Below are positions 31,301 through 43,490 of a DNA stretch of 64,000 nt, one piece after another. Numbering within the stretch: the stretch's first letter is position 1; each line of letters starts with the position of its first letter. The DNA comes from the human T2T-CHM13v2.0 reference genome, Homo sapiens: the NCBI RefSeq assembly GCF_009914755.1, contig NC_060947.1; one strand, written 5' to 3'. The notes under the pieces are model-generated. The model saw only the letters and a program-made list of their open reading frames with translations. It was not told where the DNA came from and did no database searches. A program made the translations under genes and the position numbers.

Positions 31301-32179
31301 TTTTTTTCTTTTTTTTCATTTAGAAGGCCCTAAGGGAAAGTTTATTTCATATGAGTGGCAGCCACTTTTTTGTGTTTTTATTTTTTTAATTCACATAATA
31401 GTTGTACATATTTATAGAATACAATGTGATGTTTTGATACACTTATACAATGTGTAATGATCAAATCAGGATAATTAGCATATTCATTACCTCAAACATT
31501 TATCATTTCTTTTGTTGGGAACATTCAAAATCTATTCTTCTAGCTATTTGAAAATATACAGTTAATTGTTATTAATTATAGCCATCCTACAGTGCTATAA
31601 AACATTAGAACTTATTTCTTTTATCTTAGTTGTAATTTTGTAGCCATTAACCCACCTCTAGCTATCCCCCCTCCCACCCTTCCCAGCCTTTAGTAACTAC
31701 TATTCCACTCTCTACTTCTAAGCTTATTGCAGTAACCTCCTAACTACTCTTATAAATCCTTATCTCTCTCTTTCAATGTTATACACTGCTGCAAGATTAA
31801 CTTTCCTGAAGCACAGCTCTGTTCATGACATTCCTCTGCTCAGAAAACTTCAGGCTAAAAAGCCAAACACTGGAGCCTCCCGGTCACACCCTGATCCCAG
31901 ACGACCTTTTTAACCTCATTCCCTACTTGGTATTTCCAGTAAAAAGACCTGTGTTTGCATCCTGGATCTGCTACTTAGTACTTGTTTAGTTTCCACATAG
32001 AAGTTAGAACATTCCACATAGTTTGCCTTCTGTGCCTGGCTTATTTCATTTAACATAATGTCCTTCAAGTTTATCCATGTTGCTGCAAATGACAGTATTT
32101 CCTTCTCTTTATGGCTGAATAGTATTCCATTGTGTCTATATACCACATTTTCTTTATCCATTCTTCTGTTGATGGATGA
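31301..32179 (-). mobile_element. 5'-truncated L1MA (L1MA6-8-like) with 3' transduction and internal insert
   Basis: L1MA 3' UTR; two T-rich tails; TSD TATAGTCAATCTTT at 31287-31300 and 32180-32193. Confidence 0.85.
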
Positions 32180-35100
32180 TATAGTCAATCTTTAAGGACC
32201 AGGTTGGGGGCCTAGGGCCTATATAATGTGGCAAGACAAGTGGGCTAAGTTTTGGCAGGAGTTACAAGTCTGTCCTACAATGGCAGCTTTATCAGAAATG
32301 CAGTTCTTTACTTTGTAAGAGGCAGCAGTATTTTTCTTTAACTGACTAAAGGATTCAGCATTACACAGCTGCCTACACTGTTTCAAGAACCTTTACTCGC
32401 CAAGCAGGCCATGAATTGTGTTGGGACTGATCAGACACTCCTGCTGGCAGACAACCAAAGGCACTGTGACTGATGATACAACTTGTCAATCAACTGGACA
32501 TCATTTATACACTGAAAACTTTGGACATAGAGGTATTCTTTTCTAACAATTTGTGAACATTCACGATTCAAACATGTAACACCTATCAATTGCAACTACA
32601 TGTTTACCCAACGGTGCATTCAACGAATCAGCTCAAAGGCCTCTCACAAAATCATCTCAATTCTTTTCCTCTTTACTGCAAGTTTTGCCCAAACTTTACT
32701 AGGTACTTTTTTTTTTTTTTTTTTTTTTACAGGAACACACCAAATAGTTTTAACACAGGCACTTCAGGAGTTACAATGTAGCTGCCAGGAGCAGCTCAAC
32801 ATTTTATCTCCTTGGCTGGAAGCTCATGGAATACAAGGGGGAGGGGGCATGCAAGAGGCCAGGGTCAGCTGGAGCAGTAGGGAAAGAGAGATCAGTAGAG
32901 AGGCACCAGCAAGCACGGTTTTGTACTTACTTTCAGTTTTACATGGCCCTTCATTCGGTCTCAGCAAATGAAATTACAATAATAATAAGGCTGGCCTCAA
33001 TAAATGAACTTATGATAACAAGGCACCGATCTGGAGGCTGGTTTCAATCCTACCTCTGGCTGCTTAACCCTCCAAAAATTTACCAATACATGGCAAGTGC
33101 TATTGGATCCCAGAAAATCTATCTTCTCCCCTAACCCGGCCCATCCAGCCAATGAACAGGTAGCACAATGAAAGAACCCTTACTCCTCTCTCCCTGCCCA
33201 CCACTTAGGTGAGAAGTGTGCTATCAGATGCTGGAGTGTCTTCATTCCCTAACCTGGCCACACAAGCCCATGTGCTACCAGATCACAAGGAGTTTTCTCT
33301 CTCCTAACTTGGCTCGTGCTATCCCTTCGTGGGAGGACCCCATCTCTACCTTCCCCCTGCTCTCGTTATCTCATCAGAATCTAGGAGGCAATGAGAAACT
33401 ATTCCATGACAGCCTCCCAGGAGAGATAAGATGGCAAATGGGAGATGGCTTTGAGGTAGTGCTTCACAAGCCTCTCATCCTTTTCTGTTTCATAGCATCA
33501 TAAGGCTCCCATCCTCCCCTGTTCCAGAAGGATGGCCTATAGGTGGCTACATGAAAGATTGCCAAGGGTGGAGCTACTGTCCTACATAAATCCTAGAGGT
33601 ATCTAAAAGTATTCCTGCCTAAAGGTAAGGTCATCACCTTTTGTCACAAGCCTATTCTTCCTTTGTTACAAACACACACAAGGTTAGCATTGAATAGACC
33701 ACAAATTTGAAATTTAAGTAATTTTCTTATCCCTCCCTCTCCTTTACCCTATGCATCCCTAGACGTTCTCATATCCTATTTACTCTATTTCCATTGTCAG
33801 TCTCTTACAGAGTTTATTTCCTCTCATCTGGATTATTGCAATAACCTCCTGTCATATAAATCCGTATCTCTCTCCTTCAATTGTATACACTGCTGCAAGA
33901 CTGACTTTCCTGAAGCACAGCTCTGATCATGACATTCCCCTGCTCAGAAAACTTCAGGCTAAAAAGCCAGATATTGGAGCCTCCCAATCACATCCTGATC
34001 CCAGATGACCTTTTTAACCTCATCCTTACTTAGTATCTGGCGTAAAAAGGCCTGTGTTTGAGTCCTGGATCTGCTACTTAGTATATATGTAACCTTGGAA
34101 AAGTCAACTAAATTTTCTGAACCTCTTTTTCTTCATCTGCAGGATGAAAATAAATGTTTACCTCAAATGGTAATGTTAAAAAGTTATTTGTGAAAGCTGC
34201 TTGTAAACTTTTTAAGTACCTATCGTTTTTACTATTTGTGAACCCCATGCTCTAATTAAACTCCACTCAATATTCTTCATGCCTTTGTTCAAGCAGTTGT
34301 TCCTTTTGCCTGGAATTCCTCCCCGCCCATATCCACATGTCCCAATCCTTCAAATCTCAGCTTAAATGTCACCTCCTCCACAAAGCCTTTCCTAACCTTC
34401 CTCTTCCTGATAAACTGGAAGCCATTCCTCCTTCCTCTGAACTCCCACAGCACTTGTTTTTATCTTTGTTTATATATCGATTTCCATTTTGTTGTTAGAC
34501 AAAGCATAAACCTTCTGTACATGTTTTATCTCCCCTACTAGAAGAGTGAATCTGTGTTGTATTCATTTTTGTGCCTACCACAGTGGCCTTGCGCACAGTG
34601 GGTGCTCAATAAATATTTACCAAATGAATGATTCACTAGAAAATTAATGCTTAAGTGGAGAAAATGATTGAAGGAAAACCTAAAATGAAAGCTTTGGATT
34701 GCCAGTTAACACTTTGCTCTCTCTTTTCCCTATTATTAATATTTTCACAAATAGTTGTTATTTGGTCTTAAAATCTATGTTTGTATACATGTATGCATGC
34801 ATGTGTGTGCATAATACATACACATACTCGCGCTCATACTGGACGTCTTAGATCCGGCTTAGGTTCTTTAAGGTAATGCTTATGGCCAAAATCACAAATA
34901 TCCAAAATTACAAATTGGAAACTCATTAAATCACCTGGAAAGTACAGTAAGCACAGCACAGGTATATCACGTTCTGCACCGTGCCAACCATGAGAGAACA
35001 ATACATTTCGCTTTCCCATCCCCCACTATGTAAATCACTACTTTTTGCTCCCTTGTAGTCTTTCTTGTAAATTACATACTTAACTTGGATTGTATTCCAT

Positions 35101-36200
35101 TCTGCAGAGGTTCAGTGCACAGCCCCAAGGCACAGTACCAAACCTCAAAGATACAGTCCCTCTGCTCTAGGGTTCCAAACGTATCAATTCCACTTTTTGC
35201 CTTTCACCTTCTAATTAAATTACACATATTGTAAAGCATTCCGTGTTATGGTTAATCATCAAAGGTCTCTATCATTCTTATCACCCTTCCAAGTAAGTCC
35301 CCTGCTACCCATTGACTTCTTACCCAAGATAACTCTCATGGCATGGCCACAGCGACTGCTTAAGTAGAGACCGGGGTTCATTTGGGGAGCTTTGAAAACA
35401 TTTTCAAGAGTTTGTTCTGTGCAACCTTGCCCATAAACACTTCTTCCTTCTTTCGATTTTCAAAGCATGTATAATGCGCCCTGTATGCTGCTGCGTTTTG
35501 TGCAGGACTGCGTTTCTTCTTTGCTTTCCACACAGTAGCACACTACTGCAAAAACTGGTGTAATTGGCTTGAAGGGATCAACTGAAAACACTTTAAAAGC
35601 AAACACCGGTGGAGCGAGAGGTTAAGTCCTCAATATTCATTCCAGCGGTGTGAGGGCGCTCGTGGACCACGGACCCAGCCCTCCGCAGTAGCAGGGAGCC
35701 AAATGCACTCGTGTCATCTCTTAAGAGATGTCCCATCATTCCTAACTTTTCTTGTCTCAAAAGTTAAGGAACTCCGCTTTCCAGACCTTTCCCCAGGACC
35801 CGCCTCGGTCCTCTACGCCCCTTTGCTAGCTAGGCATCCTCCGTCGGTCGCCAGCCCCTGCGGACCCAGCTGCCTCAGGGCCCGAGGTTTTTATGCATCT
35901 CCTTTTGATTACTAACTAAGCTATCCTAAAGTGCCCGAACGTCACGAGCGCGAGAGAAAAACCACACTGGTGTCTTTAACGCTTCAGACACACCTCGTTT
36001 CCTCCGTTTTATGAGCGGAACCTAGTTCCTGGCGAGAGAGCCATCCCCCTCCTCCGCCTGCGGAGCCGGGGCCGGTTCCGAGGCCCCCACCCCAGCCCCG
36101 GCCCGCCCCGCGCGGCTCTGCGCATTCCTCTCGCGTCCGCGGCACCACGCTGGCACCACTGCCTCGGGCGAACACGGCCGGGCCCGCCCTCGCCACTCAC

Positions 36201-36273
36201 CTAGCAGCTCCGCGATGGCACTGAAGGGTCGCGTGTGGCTGCTGGAGTTGCTCTGGAGGTAGCGGGGGCTCAT
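36201..36273 (-). CDS. MORC4: MORC4 exon 2 (MSPRYLQSNSSSHTRPFSAIAELL, 73 nt)
   Basis: Acceptor CCCCCAG|ATG, donor CTAG|GTGAGT; start of GHKL motif I (AIAELLDNA). Confidence 0.96.
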
Positions 36274-36391
36274 CTGGGGGCGAGAGAAGGTCCCGACCCG
36301 CGTGAGGCCTCGGCCCGCCGGGCCCTCCCCGCGCGCCCCCCGCAGCCCAGGGGCCCGCGCGCGCGTCCGCCCCCTCGGGCCCCGGACCTAC

Positions 36392-36493
36392 CGTGCTCAG
36401 GCGGATCCCGAAGGCCTGCGGGCCGCCGCCGGGCCGGGCCAGCCCGCAGCCCGGCGCGCCAGGGCCGGCGGGGGCCCCTCGGTACAGGAGCAT
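36392..36493 (-). CDS. MORC4: MORC4 coding exon 1 (MLLYRGAPAG...GIRLST, 102 nt)
   Basis: ATG at 36493 (context AAAATGC); in-frame TAG upstream at 36556-36554; donor ACG|GTAGGT; peptide matches recalled MORC4 N-terminus. Confidence 0.95.
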
Positions 36494-37362
36494 TTTTTTG
36501 GCCGCCACGGTACCCGTCTGCTGCCGCCGGACCCCTGGCCCGGCGGTCCGGGACTAGCCCTCGCTCACTTCCACTCGCAGCTGGCGGCGACCGTCCGGGA
36601 CCGGCCCTCCCTCGCTCCCACTCGCAGCTGGCGGAGGCGGAGCGCGCTCCAGCCACCTGTCCCGGGCGGGAGGGGTGAGGCCGGCTGAGGCAAGCGGCGG
36701 CTCCGCCCTGTCAGCACCTCTACCGACCCGGCGACTGCCCGGGCTGCCTCTGGGCCGTACAGAAATATGGCGACCTCCTGACAGCCGCTCCTTGATCCCC
36801 GCCCCTAATTAATTATTGGCGTATGCCATAGGCCAGGCCGCCGAGCGGGAAAGCGCGGGGGGCGGGGGTGGCGCGTGGGGAGGGGCGTGAATGAAGCAAG
36901 AGGAGGGAGAGCATGTATGGGATTTCTGGAACCTAGTCCCGCTTAGGCTGCATGACTAACAGGCAAGATAAGACAAGTCTTTCAAGTTCTAAAGACTACA
37001 GTGTTGCTATCTGGGAAGATAGCAAGCTCGCCTGATGGGAAAACATTCTACCTACTCTGCCTCAAATGCCTCCAGAAGCACCCAGAACTTTCTGGAAGGC
37101 AATTAGCAAACTATCTCCAAAGTCTTGCTAGCATGCAGGGACGGTGTTTCTAAAAGGAGAAATTGGATTCACTTAAATACCGCCAAGTAGGGGATTGGTC
37201 GAGTTATGAAGTATGCATAAAATGAAATACCATCCAGTTCTTGAAGGCCATGTTTGTAGATAAGTATGTGTTGATGTAGAAAAATATTCATGAAGGAATG
37301 AAGAAAACAAGGAGTTACAACATATTGTGGAACGCATGATGCCTTTTCTATTGGAAAAACAA

Positions 37363-37457
37363 ATATATATGTATACATATATACATATATATATATGCAT
37401 GCATACACACATATACACATACATACATACATATATATATACACACACACACACACA
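37363..37457. repeat. (TA)/(CA) compound microsatellite
   Basis: Direct reading. Confidence 0.9.
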
Positions 37458-38201
37458 ACGAAAACCACTTGATATACACCAAGATGATATCTCTGGGTCT
37501 GGAACTAGACACTTTTTCCTTTTTTCTTACCTGTGTTTTCTAATATACTATAAATATACACTGATAATAGAAAAACAGATTCATTAAAAACATATGTAAT
37601 GTTCTATGGCATGAATGAACTATAATTTATTTGACCATTCCTTTATGGTAATTTAGGTTGTCCTCTTTTTTTAATTTTGACAATACAAAAAATGCTCCTT
37701 CACACACTCGTGTACAGGTCATTAATTTCTGATACTGTTATCTCCACAGAATGAATTCCAAAAGATGAGACTGCTGCATCTAATAGCATGTGCATGGTTT
37801 AATCTTAATAAATACTGTAAGATAGGCAATTTGCCCTCCCAGCAACAATCAGTGCTCTTTTGTCATGTTCATAGCACTAGATGGTCCCAATCTTTTAACT
37901 TTTTGATAGTCTTTTCAATAAAAAATAGTATCTCCTTATTGTTTTAATTTGCATTTTCCTGACTACCAGTAAGGCTGAATATCTTTTCAAATGTTTAGTA
38001 TACATTTGCATCTCCTCTTCTACAAATGCCTGTTTATGTCCTTTGAGCATCATTTTTTACCCCCATTGGGTGCTTTACATTTGTCTGTTTTTTAGTTATC
38101 TTTTCTTCAATTTTTTAAAATACACAAAAGTACAGAAAACAATATAATGAATCCCATGTACTTATTACTCAGATGCAGTAATTATCAAGACTGCCACACC
38201 T

Positions 38202-38527
38202 GCTGCAATGGACTGAACATTTGTGCCCCGCCAAAATTTGTATGTTGAAATCCTAACTCCCAATATGATGGTATTAGGTATTGGGATTAGGAGTTGGGGC
38301 CTTTGCCAAGTAATTAGGTCATAAGGGTGGAACCCTCATGATGGGATTAGTGCCTCATAAAAAGGACCCCAGAAAGCTCTCTCATCCTCTTTCTTCCATG
38401 AGGACTCAAGAAAGGGTCTGAATTCTGCAACCCAGAAGAGAGACCGTACCAGAACCTGATCATCTGCTGTTAATACGCAACCTAGTCTATGGTACTTTGT
38501 TAACAGCAGCCAGATCTGACTAAGGCA
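38202..38527 (+). mobile_element. MLT1A-like LTR
   Basis: TATGTTGAAATCCTAACTCCCAATATGATGGTATTAGG...GACTAAGGCA. Confidence 0.75.
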
Positions 38528-38759
38528 CTTGTTTTCTATATCCCTTTTCTTCTTTTTCTTTTTCTTTTCTTTTTTTTTTTTTTCCATTTCTGTAAGCTGT
38601 GAGCATTTCAGGGCAAATCTCAAACATCATGCCATTTTATTTTACATACTTCAGTGTTCTTTAGAAACATGGACATTTTCTAACAAACATAACCACCATG
38701 CCACTTTTATACCAAACAAAATTTATACTAATTCTTTGTTGTCTTCTAATACCCAGACT

Positions 38760-39072
38760 TTTTTTTTTTTTTTTTTTTTTTTGAGACAGGGCCTTGCTGT
38801 GTCACCCAGGCTTTAGTGCAGTGGTACGATCTTGGCTCACTGCAGCCTTGACCTCCTGGGACCAAGCAATCCTCCCAACTCAGCTTCCTGAGTAGCTGGG
38901 GCTACAGGCACATGCCATCACACCCAGGTCATTTTTTTACTTTTTATATTTTCTAGAGACGAGGTTTTGCCACGTTGCCCAGGCTGGTCTCAAGCTCCTG
39001 GGCTCATGCAATCTACCTGATTTGGCCTCCCAAAGTGCTGGGATTACAGGCGCAAGCCACTTTGCTTGGCCC
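38760..39072 (-). mobile_element. AluJ
   Basis: Reverse Alu. Confidence 0.88.
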
Positions 39073-39927
39073 AGTCCATATTCAGATTTCCCCCAATTGT
39101 CTCGGAAATGTCTGCTTACAGTTGGTTTGTTTAAATCTAGACTCCAAGTGCACACATTGCACGTGGTTATGTGTCTTAAATCCATTTCAATCTAAAAGTC
39201 TCCCCTCTCTTTTTTTTTTATTCATGTTATTGATTTTTTTTTTTTTTTTTTTTGTAGAGATGGGTTCTCCCCATGTTGCCCAGGCTGCTCTTGGACTCCT
39301 GGGCTCAAGTGATCCTCCCACCTCGGCCTCCCAAAGTGCTGGGATTACACGTGTGAGCCATCATGCCCAACCCCTTGAGTTGTTGAAGAAACCAAGACAG
39401 TTGGACTGTTGAATGCCCTACATTTTCATTTGTCTGTTTGCTTCTTCATGTTACTTAACTTGCTCCTCTTGTTACAGGAAAAAGTGTAACTTAACTATAA
39501 ACCATAAATTGTCTCTAGAGTCTTAGAGTCTAGTACAATGTTTTCTAAATAGGAATGCTCATAGATGGTGCTGTATAGTTCCCATTGCATCACATCAGGG
39601 AATACATACTGTGCAACACTTAGACATGTTCAGATTCATTGGTGACTTCAGGGAGAGGCAGCCTGAAGCTTCCACTATAAATTTCTCCACCATCCTTTTA
39701 CTTCATGGTTTCATTGTCTGAAAAAAATATGTTATTAGGACTGCAAAATTATGATAGTCAATCTCATAATTTCTTCTAATTTATTAACTGGATCATTCTG
39801 TATAGAACTTACCTTCATCAACCATGGCTATTTGGCTAATCTGAAATACAATTTATATAGGAAGGACATGATAAATGCTTAACTCTTTACTTTTAATTGG
39901 CAATTTTTAATGTAAAGAGATGATGCC

Positions 39928-41870
39928 TGTGATGGATACTGTGATGCGTCAGCCCACCTCTCATTTCAATAAAAGACTTGTTGGCTGAGCTGCTGGGAGA
40001 AATGTTGACAGACTGCCTTCAGCTGTTAGCCCTTCAGGGATTGCTTCAGGTAATCTCTGCCTTACCCAAGGTCACAGACTTTTCTGGGACAGCCTACAGT
40101 AACTGACCAAAGAGGGGGTATAAAGACCTGACTGTCTCAACCCAATTTGGGACAATTGGGAAGGGTCATTCTAACTCCAATTCTCTCTGTGGGGTTGGCT
40201 CTCTGCTATTGAGCCTGCATTGTAGCTCAGTGTTCCCCTCTGCCCACACCTACTTCATTGCACAGATCCTAATCTAAGAATACCTCTTAATAAGCACCCT
40301 GCACACAAAGCTCTTCCTTGGAATCTGCCTCCTGGGGAACTCAAACTGTAACACTTGAAATTGGGAGTGATCCAAGAAAGTCGGGACTATGATGATATTT
40401 GGTAAAAGGCAAAAGATTTATACGATCCGAAGAGAAACCAGAGCATTTGGATGATATTTGGGAGCTAAATCACTTACTGCCCAGTTGGCAATGAGGACCA
40501 TACCACAGAGTGGATGGAGCACAGATAGCCCCCTGCCACAAGGCAGCAGTCCTATTATTGTTAAAACTTCCACCAGGTGTGAATTGGGATGGTAAAAGGG
40601 AACGTATAATCTTCTGTGATGTTTCAAGTGTTTGAGAAATATGGAGGAAGTAGTAGCTATAAAACCAATGGAAGGCCAAGGTAGGAGGATCACTTGAGCC
40701 CAGGAGTTCAAGGCTGCAGTGAGTTATGATCATGCCACTGTACTCCAGCCTGGGCAACAGAGCGAGCCCCTGACTCTGAAACAAAACAAAACAACAACAA
40801 AAAGAACCAATGGAATTTAGTGGTTATTGAGGTCTAAAAAGGAGTAAATTCCCAATGGAGAAATAGACACACATTTGCTATGTCAAAATCGGGATGCTGC
40901 CCGGGAAAGAATGAGACCCTGACACATGGTTTGGGGCTATCTAGATTGATGCTACCAAAATCTTGAATCCTTAGATTTCCCTGAACCAGCTGAGCCCATA
41001 GAACTGGTGCAATTTCCCTATTGGTAGTACCCACGCCCGCCCCATCCTCTTGCTTGCAGACATGCAAAGCTTCTCCCCAACAAGACAACATGTGCTTTCC
41101 CCTCCCCTCCTTGCCATTAGGCCTATAACAAGGGCTAAGGCACAGCATGGACATGTGAGGCCTGATCAGGGAGAAGAGCGATTATACGTCAAAAAGCTGC
41201 AAGATACCCAGCGTGGATTGGCAGGAACTGGAAGGGTTCACATGGAATTGAATTCTGAGACTGCTTGATCAAGAGAGCTAGTCTATAAGGTGGGATAACA
41301 GGCAGTTTATCAATTTTGGAGCACTACTCTGGAATATAGGATTTAACACTCTGGCAAGGACCACATGAGGTAGAATAGTCTCACAATTAGATGACTCCTT
41401 GAAGTACAGAAAAAGTGATGACCCATGCTAAGTGAGGTTGAAATGCCAGCATTGCTGTGACAATAGTAGAAGAAAGGATTAAAAGATTCAGAAGTGAGCC
41501 TACTGTAGTGGATAGATCAAACAAGCCTGGAAAACTCAAACAGAAAAACCCAGGATACACCATTTATCAAGGTGATAAGGAATGTGCTAACAAGAGGGGC
41601 ACCAGCACCACTGAGAAATTCACTGGTGGCTCTCCTCTGTAGGTTAGGCTTGATGGTGGAGAGACCCTTACAACTACGCTCATCATAGCAGGGCTCTGAA
41701 ATGATAGAGACCATATGGCTGAGTTCACTATCTAAAGTCAGGTAGGGGCATGATCATAATGAGTGGCAAGATTGAAGGAGCAGCCAGAAAAGACTGAAGT
41801 ACAGTTACGGAAATGGTAAATAGAACATGGCCTCCCTAGGGGAAAAACAGATAGGCAGGGATAGTAGGTG
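39928..41870 (+). mobile_element. LTR16C-like 5' LTR (39928-40353) plus ERVL-type internal gag remnant
   Basis: LTR begins TGTGATGGATACTGTGATGCG and ends GGGGAACTCAAACTGTAACA; decayed ERVL gag-like sequence follows. Confidence 0.65.
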
Positions 41871-43089
41871 TCTATTCTGGAGAAGTTTAAACCAGAACCC
41901 TTACGTCTGGATCAAGCATTCATAGTCTTCCTTGCAGAGTGGCCCACTGCCATTTCTTCCTCCCTAAGCACAGCACAACATGAAAGCTTTGCTCAGCCCT
42001 CACTCTTGTTTGACTCAAGACTCTTCACCTCTAGAAATGCCCATTTACTGCCTTCGAAAAGATGTGCTTGCATGGCCTGTCTTGCTTGCTGTCGGGCATG
42101 GTGTATCGGCGTGTTTACTATTATACTTGTGCGATTTGGTGTTTAAACAAAAGCTTTGTACCCTCCTGATTGGCAAGTGAGGTCAGAGCCCCCCTCTCGG
42201 CTCCTCTCCAGCTCCCCACAACAGAGGCAATTCTGAGGGGCCAAGGCAGCTGCTGAAAGTCCAGGGTTTGGCCTTCCCAAGGCCCTGCTGCCACTGCCCA
42301 GCAATAAACAGAAGCAGCAAACAAATCCATACAAATCCCATTGCTGTGGCTCCACAGGGCCCTAAGAAGGCCATAATGCAAAGTTCCTCATGCTTCACTA
42401 CCAAACAGGGCTTTAGCAGCAGCTGGCACATCTGTGAGGGAGGATCCAATGAACAGAACCTGGCAGTTGGTTCAGCATGGGGGCCCATGGTGAAAACCTG
42501 AGTTTTCTGCAAAATGAGGAGCAGGGAAATGCTTCAGCAGGGTGTGGCGGAGCCCTCTGAGAATCCTTAGCATGCTTCTGCCTTGGGGCAGAGCTTTGGA
42601 CCTCTAGGCCAACCTCCACTCCCCCTGATCCAGGGCCTTGGGTCTGAAGCACTGAGCTGTCTGTATTACTGTTTTTATTTCAAGCTGTCCCTTCTCCTAG
42701 GCCAGACTGAGTTCCCTTAGCTACATTCCCATCACTTGTGGAGGAGCCCTGGAGTAGCTGCAGAGGCACTTGGAATTTCCTCCTGGTCGGTTAACCCTGT
42801 AACAAGTAGCTCCAATTGTTTGACACATGCATGTAATCGTTACCATGCAGACTGTTCCAGCATGTGTGTGTGGGGGGGTGGGGGGGCAGGGGTGGAGGGT
42901 GTTTCTCCTAACACCTTTTGACCCATTGTCTAAGGTCACTTGTCCCAAGTTCCTGGATGGGTGTGATGGAGAAAGAGCCTAAGACTTATCAGAGTGGGAG
43001 ATCAGACAGGTGTGGTAGAAAAATTGAGTCACAAGGCATGGATTCCCGTCCAGACTCCTCCACTGGAATGGCCTGTGACCTTGGGGAAG

Positions 43090-43490
43090 TGTCACAGGCC
43101 ACGTTCCCAGGGAAGCAGGCTCTGAGAGCTTCATGGGTAGGAGCTTTATTGGGGAGCACTGTCAGGATCAACACCTGTGAGGAATGCAGAAAGCGGAACT
43201 GGGCAGAGGAGGAAGTGGGACCGGGATGCAACCACAACAAAGGCCTCAGGGGATCCCAGGAAAAGCTCAGAGTTCTCCAGAATTGTGGCAAGGGGCTAGG
43301 CATTTATGCTCCTCCATCAAGCAGTCATGGGATGCAAGCCATCACCTGGGAAGGATACACGACCTTCAACATGGCGGCTCTCTTCAGTCAAGGGCCATTC
43401 CCAGAGACGGGCACAACTGTGCACTGTTGGCCACCAGTGCACCCTACAGCTGGGAAATGATGCTTCAGTGCTAAAGGGGAGGGGTGGAGG
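43090..43490 (-). mobile_element. Solo LTR16-like element inserted in a MIR
   Basis: TGTC...TTCCCAGGGAAGCAGGCTCTGAGA...TTTATTGGGGAG; MIR pieces on both sides. Confidence 0.6.

Larger units (their letters stand above)
35600..36900 (-). promoter_or_regulatory. MORC4: CpG-island promoter and 5' UTR of MORC4
   Basis: Very GC- and CpG-rich; YY1-like AATATGGCG 36764-36772, GC boxes near 36797-36805 and 36857-36866, CCAAT (ATTGG) 36815-36819. Confidence 0.88.

Noticed and set aside
32465-32520. Box C/D-like TGATGA...CTGA
   Set aside because: Too short, antisense to the host intron, no clear terminal stem.
36494-36508. Upstream in-frame GTG (MAAKK extension)
   Set aside because: Adds only 5 codons, an in-frame TAG lies at 36556, and the ATG has A at -3; no evidence of use.
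36235-36688. Long overlapping ORFs (128-147 aa) over the CpG island
   Set aside because: Expected in GC-rich, stop-poor DNA; low-complexity R/P/G/A peptides.
42918-43460. 180-aa ORF
   Set aside because: Non-ATG start, spans MIR- and LTR16-like sequence, no recognisable domain.
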